This document shows positions 60,669-64,000 of a DNA stretch of 64,000 bases, piece after piece. A program made the translations under genes and the position numbers. Positions within the stretch are counted from its first letter, which is position 1. Each line of letters begins with the position of its first letter. Source of the stretch: an uncultured Bacteroidales bacterium (GTDB lineage: Bacteria; Bacteroidota; Bacteroidia; Bacteroidales; UBA932); the NCBI GenBank assembly GCA_944326365.1, contig CALVDR010000007.1, forward strand, positions 10,037-74,036, given 5' to 3'. The notes under the pieces were generated by a model that was given only the letters and a program-made list of their open reading frames with translations, was not told where the DNA came from and ran no database searches.

Positions 60669-61199
60669 ATGAGACACAGTATTTTCAGAACCGCCGTCAT
60701 CATTGCCGCCTTTTCCGTGCTTCTGCCGCTTGCAGGCTGCGATATGTTCCGTTCTCTGGCAGGCAGACCTACGGCTGAGGAGGTGGAACTGCTGCGTATA
60801 GAGAAATTGAAGGCCGAAGAGGCTGTCAGACAGGCCCGTGTGGACTCTCTTGCCAGACTGCAGGCTGAGATGGAAGACTCTCTGGCCATCATGGATTCCC
60901 TGTCGCAGATCCAGGGGACCATATTGAACCCTTCGGAAATGGGAGGTCTGTTCACCACCAGGCTGGATTCCCGATATTATATCGTAGTCGGCTCTTTCAG
61001 AAGCCGCAGCAATGCCGAAACTCTCTTTACCCAGGTCAGGGAAAAAGGCTACAGCCCGATCCTGATCAACTTCCGCAACGGTTTCAATTCCATCGCAGTA
61101 TCTCCGGCTGACAGTCTGCGTGAGGCTTTCCATGCCCTCAGAGCCGTCAAGGCCGAGCCGTTCTGTCCTGATGATGTATGGATTCTGGTAAATGAATAG
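60669..61199 (+). CDS. SPOR-domain lipoprotein
   Basis: Start at ATG 60669 (MRHSIFRTAVIIAAFSVLLPLAGC); the track start at 60660 is GTG inside the repeat. C-terminal SPOR pattern YYIVVGSFRSRSNAETLFTQVREKGYSPILI. Confidence 0.75.
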   Translation: MRHSIFRTAVIIAAFSVLLPLAGCDMFRSLAGRPTAEEVELLRIEKLKAEEAVRQARVDSLARLQAEMEDSLAIMDSLSQIQGTILNPSEMGGLFTTRLDSRYYIVVGSFRSRSNAETLFTQVREKGYSPILINFRNGFNSIAVSPADSLREAFHALRAVKAEPFCPDDVWILVNE

Positions 61200-62574
61200 G
61201 TTTATGTGCAGGATTTACCGTTTTGCCGCAGTTTTCTGTGCGGCACTTGTTTCCATGGCCGCCCATGCCCAGTATGCAGGGAGTTCCGATGCTTATTCCG
61301 AACTGTATGACAGCGAGACAGTCTCATCGTTCAAGAATCACGTTTCGTTCATCACTGCAGCACAGCTCGATGGCCGGAAAGCCGGTTCGGAGGGGGAAAA
61401 AGCTGTCGCCGGATACGTCTATTCCTGCCTGAAAGGGTATGGAGTCGAGATGCTGACGCCTGCTGAAGGGGAACTTTTCGGCATTGCGCGGAATCAGGGC
61501 GATACCCTGACTTCGCGCAATGTATATGGTTTTGTACAGGGATATGACAGGACATTGAACGGACATTATATCGTCATCGGGGCCAGAATGGACAATCTCG
61601 GCACGAACGTGATGACGGTGGACGGACAGAAGGTGACACAGATATATGCCGGGGCGAACGGGAATGCTTCCGGAGTGTCCATGATGCTCGAGCTGGCCAG
61701 ACTGGTGTCCACGAATTCCCTTCTGTTCCGCCGTTCGGTGATTTTCATAGGTTTCGGAGCATCATCTGAAACTTATGCGGGCGCCTGGTATTTCCTGAAC
61801 AGGTCTTTCAAGGACTCCGGCCTTATAGATGCCATGGTGAATCTGGACATGGTAGGTACAGGACAGAATGGATTTTATGCATATACCGCATCGAATTCGG
61901 ATCTGAACTCGGTGCTCGCATCCCTTTCCTCCCAGTTGCAACCCGTATACCCTGAACTCAGGGCCGATGAACTCTATCCGTCTGACCACAGGGCTTTCTA
62001 CTCAAGCGAGATTCCGGCAGTACACTTCACTACCGGACGATATACTGAACATAACACACCCCGTGACACGGAATCGATACTGGATTACGGAATGATGGAA
62101 CGGGAACTGGAATATGTATACAATTTCGTGCTGGAACTGGCCAACACGGACCGTGAAATCACATTCCGGAATGCCCCGGCGCAGGTAAGGACGCAGGGGA
62201 CGGAGGACGTGGTGGCATACTATGACTGTGACCAGAGGCCCATGTTCCTGAACAGTACGGATCCTCGTCAGTTCCTGGAGAAATGGGTCTATCAGTACCT
62301 CCGGTATCCTGAAGAAGCCGTGATGAACGGCATCCAGGGAACTGTCCAGGTGAATTTCATCATTGGCAAGGACGGGAAAGTCAGGGATGTATCCATAGCG
62401 AAAAGCGTGGATCCGTCGCTCGACAACGAAGCGCTGCGGGTCGTCAGTGCCTCTCCTAAATGGCGTCCCGGCAGGCTGAGGGGAGAAAAGGTAGCCACGT
62501 CAATGACTGTTCCTGTGGAATTCAGACTGGAGAAAAAGACCGAAAGACGGAGATTCGGTATCAACGGTCGTTAA
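61192..62574 (+). CDS. M28-family metallopeptidase fused to a TonB C-terminal-like domain
   Basis: 460 aa. Signal peptide. M28 blocks NVYGFVQG, VIGARMDNLG, GANGNASGVSMMLELA, DMVG, SDHRAF. C-terminal TonB_C pattern YPEEAVMNGIQGTVQVNFIIGKDGKVRDVSIAKSVDPSLDNEALRVV...WRPG...G. Confidence 0.8.
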   Translation: MNRFMCRIYRFAAVFCAALVSMAAHAQYAGSSDAYSELYDSETVSSFKNHVSFITAAQLDGRKAGSEGEKAVAGYVYSCLKGYGVEMLTPAEGELFGIARNQGDTLTSRNVYGFVQGYDRTLNGHYIVIGARMDNLGTNVMTVDGQKVTQIYAGANGNASGVSMMLELARLVSTNSLLFRRSVIFIGFGASSETYAGAWYFLNRSFKDSGLIDAMVNLDMVGTGQNGFYAYTASNSDLNSVLASLSSQLQPVYPELRADELYPSDHRAFYSSEIPAVHFTTGRYTEHNTPRDTESILDYGMMERELEYVYNFVLELANTDREITFRNAPAQVRTQGTEDVVAYYDCDQRPMFLNSTDPRQFLEKWVYQYLRYPEEAVMNGIQGTVQVNFIIGKDGKVRDVSIAKSVDPSLDNEALRVVSASPKWRPGRLRGEKVATSMTVPVEFRLEKKTERRRFGINGR

Positions 62575-62607
62575 CTAATATTATATTTGCGCACAAAAAT
62601 TCTGGAT

Positions 62608-64000
62608 ATGGAATACGATTTCAAGAAAATAGAAAAGAAATGGCAGGCTTACTGGGCCGCCAATCATACTTTCCAGGTCACTGAAGACGAGTCGAAACCC
62701 AAATACTATGTCCTGGACATGTTCCCATACCCGTCAGGAGCGGGACTGCATGTCGGCCATCCGCTCGGATATATAGCCAGCGACATATACAGCCGATACA
62801 AGCGGCTGTGCGGATTCAATGTGCTTCATCCTATGGGCTATGACGCGTTCGGCCTTCCTGCCGAACAATATGCCATCCAGACAGGGCAGCATCCGGCCGT
62901 CACTACCGCGAAGAATATTGCCAGATACAGGGAACAGCTGGACAGGATAGGCTTTTCGTTCGACTGGTCGCGTGAAGTCAGGACCTGCGATCCTGCATAT
63001 TACAAGTGGACCCAGTGGGCATTCCTGAAGATGTTCGGGTCGTATTATGACAACTCCACCCAGTCTGCCAGACCTGTTTCCGAACTGATAGCCGCATTCG
63101 AAAAGAACGGTACCGAGGGAGTGGATGCGGCCTGCGGGGAGGAAATGCATTTTTCCGCCGCGAAATGGAATTCCATGTCGGAAAAGGAAAAGTCCGATGT
63201 CCTGATGAACTGGCGTATCGCATATCAGGGAGTGACTGCCGTGAACTGGTGTCCGAAACTCGGTACGGTGCTGGCGAATGACGAAGTGAAGGAGGGGTAT
63301 TCCGTCCGGGGAGGCTATCCTGTGGAGCAGAAGAAGATGACACAGTGGCAGCTGAGAGTATCGGCATATGCCGGAAGGCTGCTGGACGATCTTGAAGACC
63401 TTGAGTGGACGGATTCCCTGAAAGACATGCAGAGAAACTGGATCGGCCGTTCCCAGGGAGCTGAGATAGTATTCAAGGCGTACAACGGAGAACAGGAGCA
63501 TGACATCACCATCTTCACTACCAGGGCGGATACCGTGTTCGGAGTGACATTCATGGTCCTGGCCCCTGAAAGCGACTGGGTGGAAAAACTCACTTCTCCG
63601 GGGCAGAAGGCTGCCGTGGACGAATACCTCGCAATGGCGAAGAAAAAGACGGAAAGGGAAAGGATAGCCGAGACCCGCAAAGTCACAGGCGTATTCTCAG
63701 GCTCGTATGCCGTGAACCCTCTGACAGGAGACAGGGTCCCGATATGGATTTCCGAGTATGTTCTTGCCGGCTACGGAACCGGGGCCATCATGGCAGTACC
63801 GGCTCATGACAGCAGGGACTACGCTTTCGCCAGGACATTCGATCTTCCGATCATACCTTTGATAGAAGGCTGCGACGTGAGCGAGAGCAGTTTTGACGCG
63901 AAGGACGGAATCATGTGCAATTCCGGTTTCCTGAACGGCATGACCGTAAAGGAGGCTATACCTGCCGCCATCGAGTATGTGGAGAAGAACGGACTGGGAC
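62608..64000 (+). CDS. leuS: leucine--tRNA ligase, N-terminal part (gene runs off the right edge)
   Basis: Absent from the ORF track because it is open at the window edge. Manual translation from ATG 62608: [67 protein letters not shown] (HIGH-type HVGH motif). A TATATTTG box lies at 62582-62589. Confidence 0.95.
   Translation, partial: MEYDFKKIEKKWQAYWAANHTFQVTEDESKPKYYVLDMFPYPSGAGLHVGHPLGYIASDIYSRYKRLCGFNVLHPMGYDAFGLPAEQYAIQTGQHPAVTTAKNIARYREQLDRIGFSFDWSREVRTCDPAYYKWTQWAFLKMFGSYYDNSTQSARPVSELIAAFEKNGTEGVDAACGEEMHFSAAKWNSMSEKEKSDVLMNWRIAYQGVTAVNWCPKLGTVLANDEVKEGYSVRGGYPVEQKKMTQWQLRVSAYAGRLLDDLEDLEWTDSLKDMQRNWIGRSQGAEIVFKAYNGEQEHDITIFTTRADTVFGVTFMVLAPESDWVEKLTSPGQKAAVDEYLAMAKKKTERERIAETRKVTGVFSGSYAVNPLTGDRVPIWISEYVLAGYGTGAIMAVPAHDSRDYAFARTFDLPIIPLIEGCDVSESSFDAKDGIMCNSGFLNGMTVKEAIPAAIEYVEKNGLG

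Noticed and set aside
1-64000. Genomic island, prophage or defence system
   Set aside because: I recognised no integrase, transposase, recombinase, phage structural, restriction-modification, toxin-antitoxin or cas genes. There is no flanking tRNA, and the gene content is mainly conserved housekeeping.

Overview
This 64-kb segment reads as chromosomal Bacteroidota, probably Bacteroidales. The evidence is a SusC/SusD pair, a BACON domain, many lipoprotein-type signal peptides, and TTTG / TAnnTTTG promoter boxes. I count about 56 protein genes. I recognised no rRNA, tRNA, CRISPR array, transposase, integrase or phage genes.

Most of the window is housekeeping or central metabolism:
- ackA-ptb-buk and a CoA-transferase
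- nrnA, rsmD, ybaK, mazG, tcdA, prfA
- tenA-thiD
- fabH-fabK-fabF-fabZ
- clpC, gyrA, phoH, and leuS (partial)
- comEC (partial, at the left edge)

Four things deserve a second look:
1. **Candidate cell-wall utilisation locus (16.5-34.6 kb).** This ten-gene, DeoR-linked SusC/SusD locus combines two GH20 hexosaminidases with MurQ, a MurK-like kinase and a MurT-like permease. One GH20 is fused to a ceramidase-like domain and carries a G9 tract. The locus also encodes a lamin-tail/TIM-barrel lipoprotein, a BACON lipoprotein and a transglutaminase-core lipoprotein with pseudomurein-binding-repeat-like modules. I read it as a candidate peptidoglycan/muropeptide utilisation locus.
2. **Hairpin-rich repeat.** A ~205-nt element occurs twice (41994-42199 and 60456-60661), and a 17-nt echo of its left end lies on the start codon of a thioesterase gene. 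Differences between the copies fall mostly in loops rather than stems. It is either a MITE-like element or a structured RNA.
3. **Phased GTGGC repeats.** Four GTGGC repeats sit in exact 20-bp phase between the fab operon and a membrane-anchored LytTR regulator.
4. **Candidate DeoR operator.** A 15-bp perfect palindrome and two GAGMACGAAATC boxes lie in the deoR/susC divergent promoter region.

All functional calls rest on motifs I recognised by eye in the supplied translations. No searches were run.
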